The notes under the pieces: model-generated
The model's input: only the letters and a program-made list of their open reading frames with translations
Database searches by the model: none
What the model was told of the DNA's origin: nothing
In this document: positions 17,935-26,865 of the stretch, one piece after another
Layout: each line of letters begins with the position of its first letter
Position numbering within the stretch: the stretch's first letter is position 1
Translations under genes and position numbers: made by a program
Source: Escherichia phage AV101
Sequence record: OQ973471.1
Length of the DNA: 64,000 bases
Direction: 5' to 3' (one strand)

Positions 17935-18282
17935 ATGAGTTCTATTGAACAGCTGATCACCCCACAGTATGTGTACTCCAACATTGTTGAGCACCTGCGC
18001 TCACAGTTGAACGTGGGAACCCTGAGCAGCACTGACCTGAAAGATCTACAAATCGTTGAAGTCGAAGTGGCGGCCTTTGGTTCTCGCTATCACTTCAATG
18101 TGGAATACACGCGTGTAGAAGAGCAGCAGTCCTCTATCATCGCGCTGGCTACTCCAGTCAACCCACGCAAAGAGCCTGTGTCGGTCACCCGCACCATCAT
18201 CGGCTATCTGGAAGAGAAGTTGGAACCTGGTGCCCAGCGCCCAACATTCGACTTCCAGGCGCGATTTGCCACCGAAGATTGA
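17935..18282 (+). CDS. Hypothetical protein
   Basis: 115 aa; GAGGA RBS; terminator follows. Confidence 0.45.
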   Translation: MSSIEQLITPQYVYSNIVEHLRSQLNVGTLSSTDLKDLQIVEVEVAAFGSRYHFNVEYTRVEEQQSSIIALATPVNPRKEPVSVTRTIIGYLEEKLEPGAQRPTFDFQARFATED

Positions 18283-18291
18283 TCTGAACAA

Positions 18292-18313
18292 AGCCCTCTG
18301 CTGAGGGCTTTTT
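18292..18313 (+). terminator. Rho-independent terminator
   Basis: AGCCCTC-TGCT-GAGGGCT followed by TTTTT; TTCAAT 15 nt TATTAT element immediately downstream (18312-18338). Confidence 0.6.
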
Positions 18314-18389
18314 CAATTGAAGACACCCACCGTATTATACCCACTCAACCAATATGTTTCCCCTTTGACATTGATAGGATTTCTATACT

Positions 18390-21146
18390 ATGAAAATGCG
18401 CAAGTCCGAGCACTTTATCCGCTCGTCGTCTTCCATTCAGGGGCAGGCGTTCAACGTGAAGATGAACGATAAGATGTTTGAGACTCTGTTCTCATCATTG
18501 TATCGTTACAAAGAGGCTGCAGCCCTGCGCGAAACCGTCTGTAACGCCATCGACTCCCATGGCATGCGTGATCGTATGCACCGTGTGATGGCATCCCACT
18601 ACGCGCCTCTCACTCCGCCTCCTGCCCGCCATAGCAAATACCTTGCACCGAAGGGTAAGCAGGTTGTTGTGCATCTACCTGATGACTTTGAACCATGGCT
18701 GGAAATACGTGATTACGGCATCGGTCTGCCACTTGAGAAGATCATTGGCGAGCCTATCCCAGCGCAGGAAGATGAGGTGCTGCTGGAAGGTAACATGGTG
18801 GTCAAGGAAGATGAGATCCCTGACTCAGCTGAGGTCATCGGCGTGCCTGCGTTCTATAATGGTGGTCTAGTGTTCCGTCGTGAAGATGGTGAAATCATTC
18901 GTACGCCTGGGTTGTATACCACTCTCTTCCACAGTACGAAGGAAGAAGATGATGATCAGATTGGGGCATTCGGTCTTGGCTCCAAATCACCATTTGCGGT
19001 ATCGGATTCGTTCACTGTGGAAAGCCGCATGGACGGTAAACTCCATCGCTTCCTGATGTACCTGAATGCCAAGCGCATCCCGACTGTTGATCTGATCACC
19101 AAAGATCTTGAAACCCGTGATCCTAAGCCGGAAGACACCGATGAGTTCAACGGCATGACGGTGAAGATCCCGGTGAAGAACGCTCGTTTCTCTGCATTCT
19201 CCGATGAACTGGTCCGTCTTGGTCGTGTTATGCGCCCTGAACAGCGTCCAATTGTTGAGAACGCTTCATACCGCTTCAGCTGGGAAGATATCAGTTATGA
19301 ATTCAAGGTCAACAACACGTACATCCAGCCGAAAGGCCAGGGGAACACCCATTATGCTGTAATGGGTGGCGTGTCGTACCCGATTGACCTGAATCAGCTC
19401 GATCCAGACACTTCCTCTATCATGAGCAAGTTTCCATCGTCCTATACGTTCTTCGAACTTGGCTCGCTGAACGTACCGCCGTCGCGTGAAGACCTTTCAT
19501 ATGACGAATTCACGCGTGAGACGCTCTCTGAGGAGTTTAAGGGCACCGCCAATGCAATCTTGACAGAAAAGATGCGTGACCTGGAGCTGGCGTGTAAGCG
19601 CGGTCCTCTTGCCCTGTATATGGAGAAGGCAAGACTGAGCGAAATGTTCGGCAGCGGGTTCCGCAAGATGGTTGAAAAGGAATACCCGGCTGACAAGCGC
19701 TTCCACGATTCATATTACCGTTACCCGCTGCCTGTTGAGATTGATCGCGATTATGACCATACCGCGCCGTTCAATGAGCTGTCATCGCCGTTTTCTATGG
19801 AGATCTTCTATGACTGGGGTGAGTCCAGTACCCTGACCATTTCAGAAATCCAGAAGTGGATTGATCGCGGCCAGCATGTTACTGTGGTGATTGAAGATAG
19901 TGTTCGCGCACGTAATCTGAAGATCAAGCAGCTGAAAGATACAGGGACGATAGTCATCGTGGCCAAGCCGAACACATCCTATGTCACCAAGCGCAACCAA
20001 TCTAAGGACAACCCTGCGTTCAAGAATTCTCAGGCTCTCTATGATTTCTTTGAAACTTGGATTGGTAAAGAAGAAACGACGGTTGATTATCTGTGCTTCG
20101 CTGACAAGTTCGTCGATTGGCTGAGTGCGGTGCTGGAGCCTGCTGAAGTTAAGTTCATGAACGAACTGACGTATGTCACGCCCCCGGTCACCAAAGACCC
20201 TGGCATGTTTCCGTTCACGCGCAGCAACTTCGACATATACCAGTCTGAAGAACTGACGGGCGACCAGATCTCAGATATCATCAACAAGGGCGAGCGCATC
20301 GTCTATATTGAGGTGTCTGGCTATGAGTGTATCCATCAGGTGATGGGCAGAACGTTGACCACAGCTGCGGCGCGAGGCATCCGCGAGTCTCTCTACAAAC
20401 ATGCCGTTCACGCGGATGAAGATGGCAAGCCTGTGTACATCAAAGATATGCTCAATATTCACGACAGAATATTCTTGGCTCGCCGTAAATCCGTGCCAAT
20501 GATGAAGAAGTTCCCAGAAGTCTTCATTCCGATTGATGAGATTCTGAAGATTATGTTGGAGAATGCCAAGCCGATGCTGGAACGCCACAACGCGATACGG
20601 TTGCTGAAATCTCATCAGAGACTTCACCTTGGTTCTAATCGCCTGAAATACGGGTGTCATCTGGTAAAACAGGCGTTCGGTGAAGGGGAAGACGGGCGTT
20701 ATAATCAGCTGGTTAATCGGTATAACCAAATGCTGTATTATGTTGACAATATCTTGGACGAACAAACTATCCGCCATTATCAGGCGATGTCGAAGCGTAA
20801 TGTTTCTCTTCATGAGGTTCGCCGCTTCAAACATTTCCAGGATACGATCAGCACTCTGAATCTGAATCTGTATACCAATGAGCGGGATGAAAGGGTGTTC
20901 CGCGCGGAACAACGTATGTTGCAAATCTTCAGTCGCGCATCGGAAGTTCTGAGGATTCACGGATTCGTACCGTTTGATTTACTGAAGACGCCAACACGGA
21001 ACGCGAAAAAGGCGAACCGCATGACCGTAGAACGTCATCGTGTTGTCCGGTTCTTGAAAGAGAATTACAAACCAAGCGCCCTGAACCCGATTGAAAATTC
21101 TTCGGATTACTTGGACGTTATTTCAAATTCCATTATCAGGGCATAA
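18390..21146 (+). CDS. rIIA: rIIA-like protein (GHKL-type ATPase-like N-terminus)
   Basis: ETVCNAIDSHG, IRDYGIGLP and GAFGLGSKSPFAVSDSFTVESR match the conserved N-terminal blocks of T4 rIIA as I recall them. Confidence 0.8.
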   Translation: MKMRKSEHFIRSSSSIQGQAFNVKMNDKMFETLFSSLYRYKEAAALRETVCNAIDSHGMRDRMHRVMASHYAPLTPPPARHSKYLAPKGKQVVVHLPDDFEPWLEIRDYGIGLPLEKIIGEPIPAQEDEVLLEGNMVVKEDEIPDSAEVIGVPAFYNGGLVFRREDGEIIRTPGLYTTLFHSTKEEDDDQIGAFGLGSKSPFAVSDSFTVESRMDGKLHRFLMYLNAKRIPTVDLITKDLETRDPKPEDTDEFNGMTVKIPVKNARFSAFSDELVRLGRVMRPEQRPIVENASYRFSWEDISYEFKVNNTYIQPKGQGNTHYAVMGGVSYPIDLNQLDPDTSSIMSKFPSSYTFFELGSLNVPPSREDLSYDEFTRETLSEEFKGTANAILTEKMRDLELACKRGPLALYMEKARLSEMFGSGFRKMVEKEYPADKRFHDSYYRYPLPVEIDRDYDHTAPFNELSSPFSMEIFYDWGESSTLTISEIQKWIDRGQHVTVVIEDSVRARNLKIKQLKDTGTIVIVAKPNTSYVTKRNQSKDNPAFKNSQALYDFFETWIGKEETTVDYLCFADKFVDWLSAVLEPAEVKFMNELTYVTPPVTKDPGMFPFTRSNFDIYQSEELTGDQISDIINKGERIVYIEVSGYECIHQVMGRTLTTAAARGIRESLYKHAVHADEDGKPVYIKDMLNIHDRIFLARRKSVPMMKKFPEVFIPIDEILKIMLENAKPMLERHNAIRLLKSHQRLHLGSNRLKYGCHLVKQAFGEGEDGRYNQLVNRYNQMLYYVDNILDEQTIRHYQAMSKRNVSLHEVRRFKHFQDTISTLNLNLYTNERDERVFRAEQRMLQIFSRASEVLRIHGFVPFDLLKTPTRNAKKANRMTVERHRVVRFLKENYKPSALNPIENSSDYLDVISNSIIRA

Positions 21147-21177
21147 TAGTCCTGTTAACCAACGTGGGAACTACAAG

Positions 21178-22743
21178 ATGAACAAGATTGAAGAAAATAT
21201 CCTGAAGCATTTGAAGGAAGGCAAAAGTCAGAGCGCAATTGCTACTCTGTTGGGCATACCCCGCTCGACTGTACAACGTGTTTCCGACACGGAACTCGGT
21301 GTTGACCCTACTTCGCTGAAATCTCTGACAACAGATCAGATCGCCAATATCCAAAGGGATTCGGCGGCAGGTAATGTCAGCAATGCATTCTTGGCCAAGG
21401 TGTACGGTGTGTCCGCCAAGACGATCGCCCGTGCCCTGTTGGTCCGGATTACCGAGGAGAAAAACAAGGTAACTGTGATCTCTCCTATCAAGCCGGAAGA
21501 GCAGGAAGTATTCGAGGTCCAACCGGGCGGCACGGCCAAAGACAAAGATGGCACAGAATGGTATGTTGGGGCATATCTGCCAAACCACAACAAGTATCTG
21601 TGTCTCACTAACGACGGCAATTTCAAAGGGGCTTTCTTTGAAAAGTCTGAATTGACTCCTGTGGAAGGTGATAGTCGCGCTTTCGATGTTGAAGCTATCG
21701 GCGAGATGGCAGAAATTTCTGTGGCACTGTCAGAAGGTGCGGACAAAGTTCCTAGCAACGTTGAAATCAGCGTTGTGGTTGACGGGGAAACCTATCCTAT
21801 CCGTGGATCCTTGGATGCCCGTCGCCGTGTTGGTTACTTCGATGGCATCCTCGGTCGCACCCTGCGTCTGGCTCTGTCTTCTGTAGAATTCACCGTCGCT
21901 GTCAAAGACGTTGAAGAAGTGGCTGATGACAAGAAGACCAAGCAGGACTTCGGTGCGAAAGACCTGGACGTGTTCCTGAACGAACACCAGATCCTGATTC
22001 TGCCTGACAGCGTTGTTATCGCGATTGACGGTAAGCCGGAAACGATCACCACTTCACACCCGGCCTACGACCGCATCGTACAGGCGATCAAAGACAAAGA
22101 CGTGAAGCTGGCCTACTCGCTGATGCGACCTCGTGAAGCCATCGCGAAGTACGCTGCTGGTCTGGTAGACGTGTCTGACAACCGTGTCCGCTGGTCCGGT
22201 CATGACATCACAGGCACATCCATCGCCAAGCGTGTACTGGCGCTGATGCTGAAGGGTGACTTCCACAATCTGGACCGCATGGCGAAGTTTATGGACAAAA
22301 TGTTTCAGAACCCGTCAGCTTCTCTGGTTCAGTCCGGGCGCATCTATGAGTTCATGGCGTACTCTGACATCGAAATTGACGACGATGGTGACATCATCCT
22401 CTACAAATCGGTGCGCGGCAACTACATGGACAAGCACAGCAACACGATCAGCAACGCCCCAGGCACTATCGTGCGGATGGCTCGCTCATTCGTGAACGAC
22501 AACAACGCCACCCTGTGTTCATACGGTCTGCATGTGTGCTCCCTGGCCTACCTGAAGGAGTGTTTCGGTTCTGTGGGACAGCGTGTCGTTCGCTGTAAGC
22601 TGAACCCGCGTGACATCGTGTCGGTCACCGATGATTTTGGTTCAAGCAAAATCCGCTGCTGTGAATACCTGGTGTTGGATGACTACACTGCTGAGTACAA
22701 CCGCCAGCACAAGTCTATTGACGTGACAGGTCTTTACAAGTAA
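21178..22743 (+). CDS. rIIB: rIIB-like protein
   Basis: N-terminal helix-turn-helix (SQSAIATLLGIPRSTVQRV) and C-terminal YKSVRGNYMDKHSN...YGLHVCSLAYL...RCCEYLVLDD closely resemble T4 rIIB; directly downstream of rIIA. Start set to the ATG at 21178. Confidence 0.8.
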   Translation: MNKIEENILKHLKEGKSQSAIATLLGIPRSTVQRVSDTELGVDPTSLKSLTTDQIANIQRDSAAGNVSNAFLAKVYGVSAKTIARALLVRITEEKNKVTVISPIKPEEQEVFEVQPGGTAKDKDGTEWYVGAYLPNHNKYLCLTNDGNFKGAFFEKSELTPVEGDSRAFDVEAIGEMAEISVALSEGADKVPSNVEISVVVDGETYPIRGSLDARRRVGYFDGILGRTLRLALSSVEFTVAVKDVEEVADDKKTKQDFGAKDLDVFLNEHQILILPDSVVIAIDGKPETITTSHPAYDRIVQAIKDKDVKLAYSLMRPREAIAKYAAGLVDVSDNRVRWSGHDITGTSIAKRVLALMLKGDFHNLDRMAKFMDKMFQNPSASLVQSGRIYEFMAYSDIEIDDDGDIILYKSVRGNYMDKHSNTISNAPGTIVRMARSFVNDNNATLCSYGLHVCSLAYLKECFGSVGQRVVRCKLNPRDIVSVTDDFGSSKIRCCEYLVLDDYTAEYNRQHKSIDVTGLYK

Positions 22744-22968
22744 CCAAACCCCCATCCACCAAGGAGGCTCCGGCCTCCTTTCAGTTCGAAGGCGAGACCA
22801 GAGAATACTCCCACAAGAACTTTCCTCCCCGTGAAGTTCATGACCAACAGTTCGTGAAATTGTTCTGTCGCTGTGGTGGTTGCGACTTCACAGGCGAAGG
22901 ATACGCGATGCACGTATACTGTTGCAATTGCTGTGGTAAATACGTAACAGTCTATAGGAGAACCAAAC

Positions 22969-23394
22969 ATGGCGAAGAAACCTGAAGTCAAGAAAGTTGA
23001 AATTAAAACCGAAGCCCCAGTCGATGACATCCAGGCGAAGGAGGAAGGTGTGTTGCCTACTTACCTACAACGCGCCATCGATAACATCCCTCCAGGGGGA
23101 GACGGAGGCGTCGTCTACGCTGGCGGGTACGGTTGGGTGTGCGAATACCAAGACGGCACGAAGGAACTCCTCCAGGAGCTTCCAGGGCTGGCTGCGACCC
23201 TCAAGCGTTATGGTCGCGACAAGTTCGGCAAGCCGTTTGAAACCGGGGCTGTGATTGAAACCAACATCACAGCCGAGACTCTGAACCTGTTGGGGGTTGA
23301 CGATCTCAAGTTGTTGGCTGCGCCGCTGGGTATCACAGAAGAAGATCGCATTCAGCTGATTGCGAAGCTGATCGAAAAATTGCAGATTAAATAA
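22969..23394 (+). CDS. Hypothetical protein
   Basis: 141-aa ORF. Confidence 0.45.
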   Translation: MAKKPEVKKVEIKTEAPVDDIQAKEEGVLPTYLQRAIDNIPPGGDGGVVYAGGYGWVCEYQDGTKELLQELPGLAATLKRYGRDKFGKPFETGAVIETNITAETLNLLGVDDLKLLAAPLGITEEDRIQLIAKLIEKLQIK

Positions 23395-23424
23395 GCCGAT
23401 ATACAACAGCTGAACTTATTCAAT

Positions 23425-23817
23425 ATGCCTATCGTTGACGAAAGCAACTTGATGGATTATGCACTGAGGCATTATATTGTAGATTCTGTCTCGTGGGATG
23501 AACTGCTGGTAGACATTCAGCGGATTTCGCTAATTAATCAATCATTGAAGAGATTTGTCCCTGGTAAGAGTCCTCGGTTGATTCTCAATCAATTGATTAC
23601 TGTCTTCAATACGTTCGAAACAGAGGCCGCTTGCCGCATGCTCGTTTTGAAGGTGGATAAGCCCCAGTTGCCACGCCTCAAGGCTGCTTTGTTGACATTA
23701 GGCGTATGGCGCGATGATTTATGTTCCGGTTCATACGAACCAGATAATGAGCTGATGATGGCTCTGAACAACGATTTGGATGAGTGGAGGAAACCATGCC
23801 AACGATCACTGTATTAG
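23425..23817 (+). CDS. Hypothetical protein
   Basis: 130-aa ORF; 3' end overlaps the next gene. Confidence 0.4.
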   Translation: MPIVDESNLMDYALRHYIVDSVSWDELLVDIQRISLINQSLKRFVPGKSPRLILNQLITVFNTFETEAACRMLVLKVDKPQLPRLKAALLTLGVWRDDLCSGSYEPDNELMMALNNDLDEWRKPCQRSLY

Positions 23818-24605
23818 TAGCACCGGAAGTTGTTCGCAACAAACCGGAAACTGAGCGTCTTCACACTGTAACAGGTACTGCTCGTGGTTGGGAAAAGACC
23901 AGTCTTAACCAAGACCCAGACGAGATCCTGACTGAGTGTAAAGGTCTGGATGCACTGCTGACCAAGAGCAATTTGCAGGCCGATGGCGTCACCAAAGTGG
24001 ATCCAACCAAGCCCGTTGGCTTCCAGCTGTCTTATGAAATCCACGACCCAAGCGCTGTGCTGACCACTGGCCTGACCATCACCCCTGAAACTGCTAATGG
24101 TGAAGTCGGTCAGGTTGTTGAACTGAAGGCGGTCGTCGCTCCGGAGAACGCGACCTACCAGGGTGTCAACTGGTACTCTGGGGATCTGACCAAAGCTGTG
24201 CACATCGGTGGTGGTAAATTCAAGCTGCTGGCGCCGGGTTCAGTGACTGTTTACGGTGTAACCATCGAAGGTGACCACACTGACTCTACCGTCATTACAG
24301 TGGCAGGTGCTCTGTCTCTGTCTACCGATCTGGCTGCTTCTCAGGATGTAACAACAGGTGAATCCGCAACCTTCACCATCGCTGCTACAGGCGGCACTAC
24401 CCCATACAAACACACTTGGTACTTCTCTGATGTCCCTGGTGGTGAAGGTGAGGTGATCGATGCTGGCACTAACCCCACTGCTGCAACTGCGAGCCTGGTT
24501 ATCACTGCAGTTGCTGCCGAAAACGAGGGTGAGTACTGGTGTGTTGTTGAAGACGCTGACGGTCACTCTGTGACCTCTACTCGTTGCGAAATGGCTGCGG
24601 TCTAA
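23796..24605 (+). CDS. Ig-like domain protein (Big_2 / I-set-like), possible capsid decoration protein
   Basis: GGAGGA RBS before the ATG at 23796; Big_2-like segment (ATYQGVNWYSGD...GSVTVYGVT) and Ig motif GEYWCVVED. Confidence 0.5.
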   Translation: MPTITVLVAPEVVRNKPETERLHTVTGTARGWEKTSLNQDPDEILTECKGLDALLTKSNLQADGVTKVDPTKPVGFQLSYEIHDPSAVLTTGLTITPETANGEVGQVVELKAVVAPENATYQGVNWYSGDLTKAVHIGGGKFKLLAPGSVTVYGVTIEGDHTDSTVITVAGALSLSTDLAASQDVTTGESATFTIAATGGTTPYKHTWYFSDVPGGEGEVIDAGTNPTAATASLVITAVAAENEGEYWCVVEDADGHSVTSTRCEMAAV

Positions 24606-24607
24606 TC

Positions 24608-24841
24608 ATGAAAGGCTTCCAGGACTTCCTTGAAGACTCGGCAGCCCCTGGAACCACGACCGCCGATGTGGGGAAACCCGAAGGCGGTATGGTGAAAGAG
24701 CCTGTCAAGAAACCCAAGGATCTTGAGGAAGAACAAGAGCAGACTTCCTTCCAAAAGATCTTTGGAAACATCTTCAAAGACCTCGACCTGAAGAATGCAA
24801 GAAAGTGGAACTTCAGGACAGGAAAATACGAAGAGGAATGA
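24608..24841 (+). CDS. Hypothetical protein
   Basis: 77-aa ORF from the ATG at 24608. Confidence 0.35.
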   Translation: MKGFQDFLEDSAAPGTTTADVGKPEGGMVKEPVKKPKDLEEEQEQTSFQKIFGNIFKDLDLKNARKWNFRTGKYEEE

Positions 24842-24871
24842 GCCATGAACGCGATGATCATGGGTTAACAA

Positions 24872-24895
24872 AAGAGGCTCCGGCCTCTTTTTCAT
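24872..24895 (+). terminator. Rho-independent terminator
   Basis: AAGAGGC-TCCG-GCCTCTT followed by TTTTT; shares the GAGGCTCCGGCCTC core with the hairpin at 22763-22785. Confidence 0.6.
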
Positions 24896-24959
24896 TTCCG
24901 GTATTCGGTGTATAATGGACTCGTTCCCCATGAGCGGAACCTAACTGAGGATACACCAA

Positions 24960-25460
24960 ATGAAATCCATGGTCAAACGTAAAGTCGAAATCTCCCTGAC
25001 TGCCCATATTGAAATGGTCCAACAACTTATCCTGGATGCGTATGAAATCCAGAAAGATCGCCAATCGAGGGGAGGTGTGACGGACCCCACCTGTCCTGGA
25101 AACATACTGTACTATCGCATGCTGCGCCAGACTGGGCACACCGCCGCGCTGAAGAAGATTCTGTCCTATGATTTCCAGACAGAGAACAACCTCAACATCA
25201 TGGGTGTCTTCCATAGCGTTAGTGAACGCGATTCTTTCTTCCGCTCCCGAGCAGGTGCGGATGTATCATTGCCCGATGTAGACAAGAAACAGCACACGAC
25301 AACCATATCCCATTACATGGGCACGGACATCGATAAAGCAAACATCATCGTGTTCTCTGATACGTTGCATGACCCCAAGCGCCTTGCATCTGCGCATGAA
25401 ATGCTGCGGGAAGGTCGCAGCGCCCTCACTAATTTGACTTTAGTAGTGTTTCTGGGCTAG
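24960..25460 (+). CDS. Hypothetical protein
   Basis: 166-aa ORF; TGTATAAT -10-like sequence upstream near 24910. Confidence 0.45.
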   Translation: MKSMVKRKVEISLTAHIEMVQQLILDAYEIQKDRQSRGGVTDPTCPGNILYYRMLRQTGHTAALKKILSYDFQTENNLNIMGVFHSVSERDSFFRSRAGADVSLPDVDKKQHTTTISHYMGTDIDKANIIVFSDTLHDPKRLASAHEMLREGRSALTNLTLVVFLG

Positions 25461-25509
25461 ATAGTTACAGGGGAGTTTCCTCCCCTATTTCCCTAACAGG
25501 AGGTGCGCA

Positions 25510-25707
25510 ATGTACAAGTTCAGAATTAACAGAGAACGTAATTCGTTCAAATTCGGTGTAATCGCTGGGGTGTGTTTGTTCCTGGCGCTCGAAAGCGTTA
25601 TCGGCCTGCTTACAACACCACAAATGCAGGTGACTCGTTACCTTCTTGCCATTATATTTTCTGTTGTCGGTTTACTCTGCTCCTATTTGGGGTGTGTGAA
25701 GAAATAA
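25510..25707 (+). CDS. Small membrane protein
   Basis: 65 aa, two hydrophobic helices; AGGAGG RBS. Confidence 0.4.
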   Translation: MYKFRINRERNSFKFGVIAGVCLFLALESVIGLLTTPQMQVTRYLLAIIFSVVGLLCSYLGCVKK

Positions 25708-25749
25708 ACTGGCTGCACACAGCAATACTTTGATTTGAGAAACTACATC

Positions 25750-26238
25750 ATGATGTTGTTAATGAGCGTTCCACAGAACAAGATGACCCCTGCAACAGAG
25801 GGTAAGAATCACTTCAACATCTACAGCCGGAGCCAGACGGAACTCGGGCGCTTCCTCTCGCATTTTACCCATCATCCAATGACTACCCATGAACATGGTG
25901 TGTTTAACTCCATGGAGGGGTACTGGTATTGGCTGAAGTATAGGGATGACAACCTGCGCCTGCTCGACGGTTATGAGGCCAAGCAATATGGACAGGGATT
26001 GGCGGCTTCCCGCGTCATTGTCCTGGACCCGTCTACCGAAGAATTCAAGCGCGATATCCTATTTGCAACTAGTATGAAACTCCAGACAATGCCTGAACGT
26101 CTGAAGATCAGATTGGCGTACAGTCGCCTACCCCTGATCCATGCATATGTTCAGAACGGGAAATACAGTTTTCAAAACTCTATGGACTATATCATTGCCC
26201 ACATTAATCGTCTCCGCATACAAGGAACTTTGAAATGA
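25750..26238 (+). CDS. NADAR (YbiA-like, DUF1768) domain protein (putative)
   Basis: FNIYSRSQTELGRFLSHF resembles the NADAR F-Y-S...F-S-N-F core; a later W/Y-rich segment roughly matches the second conserved block. From memory of E. coli YbiA. Confidence 0.45.
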   Translation: MMLLMSVPQNKMTPATEGKNHFNIYSRSQTELGRFLSHFTHHPMTTHEHGVFNSMEGYWYWLKYRDDNLRLLDGYEAKQYGQGLAASRVIVLDPSTEEFKRDILFATSMKLQTMPERLKIRLAYSRLPLIHAYVQNGKYSFQNSMDYIIAHINRLRIQGTLK

Positions 26239-26816
26239 AATTTCTACACACTATCGTCGACACTTCTTATGACTGCACTGCTCATACCCCAGACCGTTCG
26301 CCTGTGTTTGTTCTGAACAAACTAGGTGAAGAGATCTGTGAACTGTCTGATGTGTTTCATGGCATAGTATCTTCCGAGCCGTTGAATGGCGAAGTTGCTG
26401 ATGTCATTATCTCTGCTATTGACCTTCTGTACGTCATGGATTATGACGACGTCCAAATGCGCGGCTCTCTGAACAAGGCCGAAATGATCGACTCTGTCAT
26501 CAACCACATGGCGACAGTGAACGATATTTCTTCTAATCTGTTGGAAGAAGACTGGTTCCGTCTGATTGATCGTGATCCTCAAAAGCATCTGAATCTTATT
26601 CATCATTATCATGGCCGGATTATCCGATTGTGCAACCAGCCTTATCGCAGTCAAGACAGATTGGATCAACTCGTCAATGACCTAATCAAGCATGTTGCGC
26701 GCATGGGGTGTGGGGAAGGGGCGATCCGTGGATCCTCTTTGACGGCCACTCGCATTAAAGTGGAGCACGCTATTGAACACAAGGTTGAAAAGTGGCGTAG
26801 CAAATTTGGTCTATAA
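26235..26816 (+). CDS. MazG-like nucleoside triphosphate pyrophosphohydrolase
   Basis: KLGEEICELSD...EVADVIISAIDLLY is the MazG E-x-x-E / E-x-x-D metal-binding motif pair. Confidence 0.55.
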   Translation: MKFLHTIVDTSYDCTAHTPDRSPVFVLNKLGEEICELSDVFHGIVSSEPLNGEVADVIISAIDLLYVMDYDDVQMRGSLNKAEMIDSVINHMATVNDISSNLLEEDWFRLIDRDPQKHLNLIHHYHGRIIRLCNQPYRSQDRLDQLVNDLIKHVARMGCGEGAIRGSSLTATRIKVEHAIEHKVEKWRSKFGL

Positions 26817-26865
26817 GCCGACCCCATACATAATCTTGTGTGTTTACCATTGACGGGATAGGCCG

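Noticed and set aside
22785-22968. Possible Cys-rich micro-ORF (...CRCGGCDFTGEGYAMHVYCCNCCGKY...) between rIIB and the next gene
   Set aside because: No ATG with a ribosome-binding site at a sensible position; only GTG/TTG starts are possible and it overlaps the next gene's start region.
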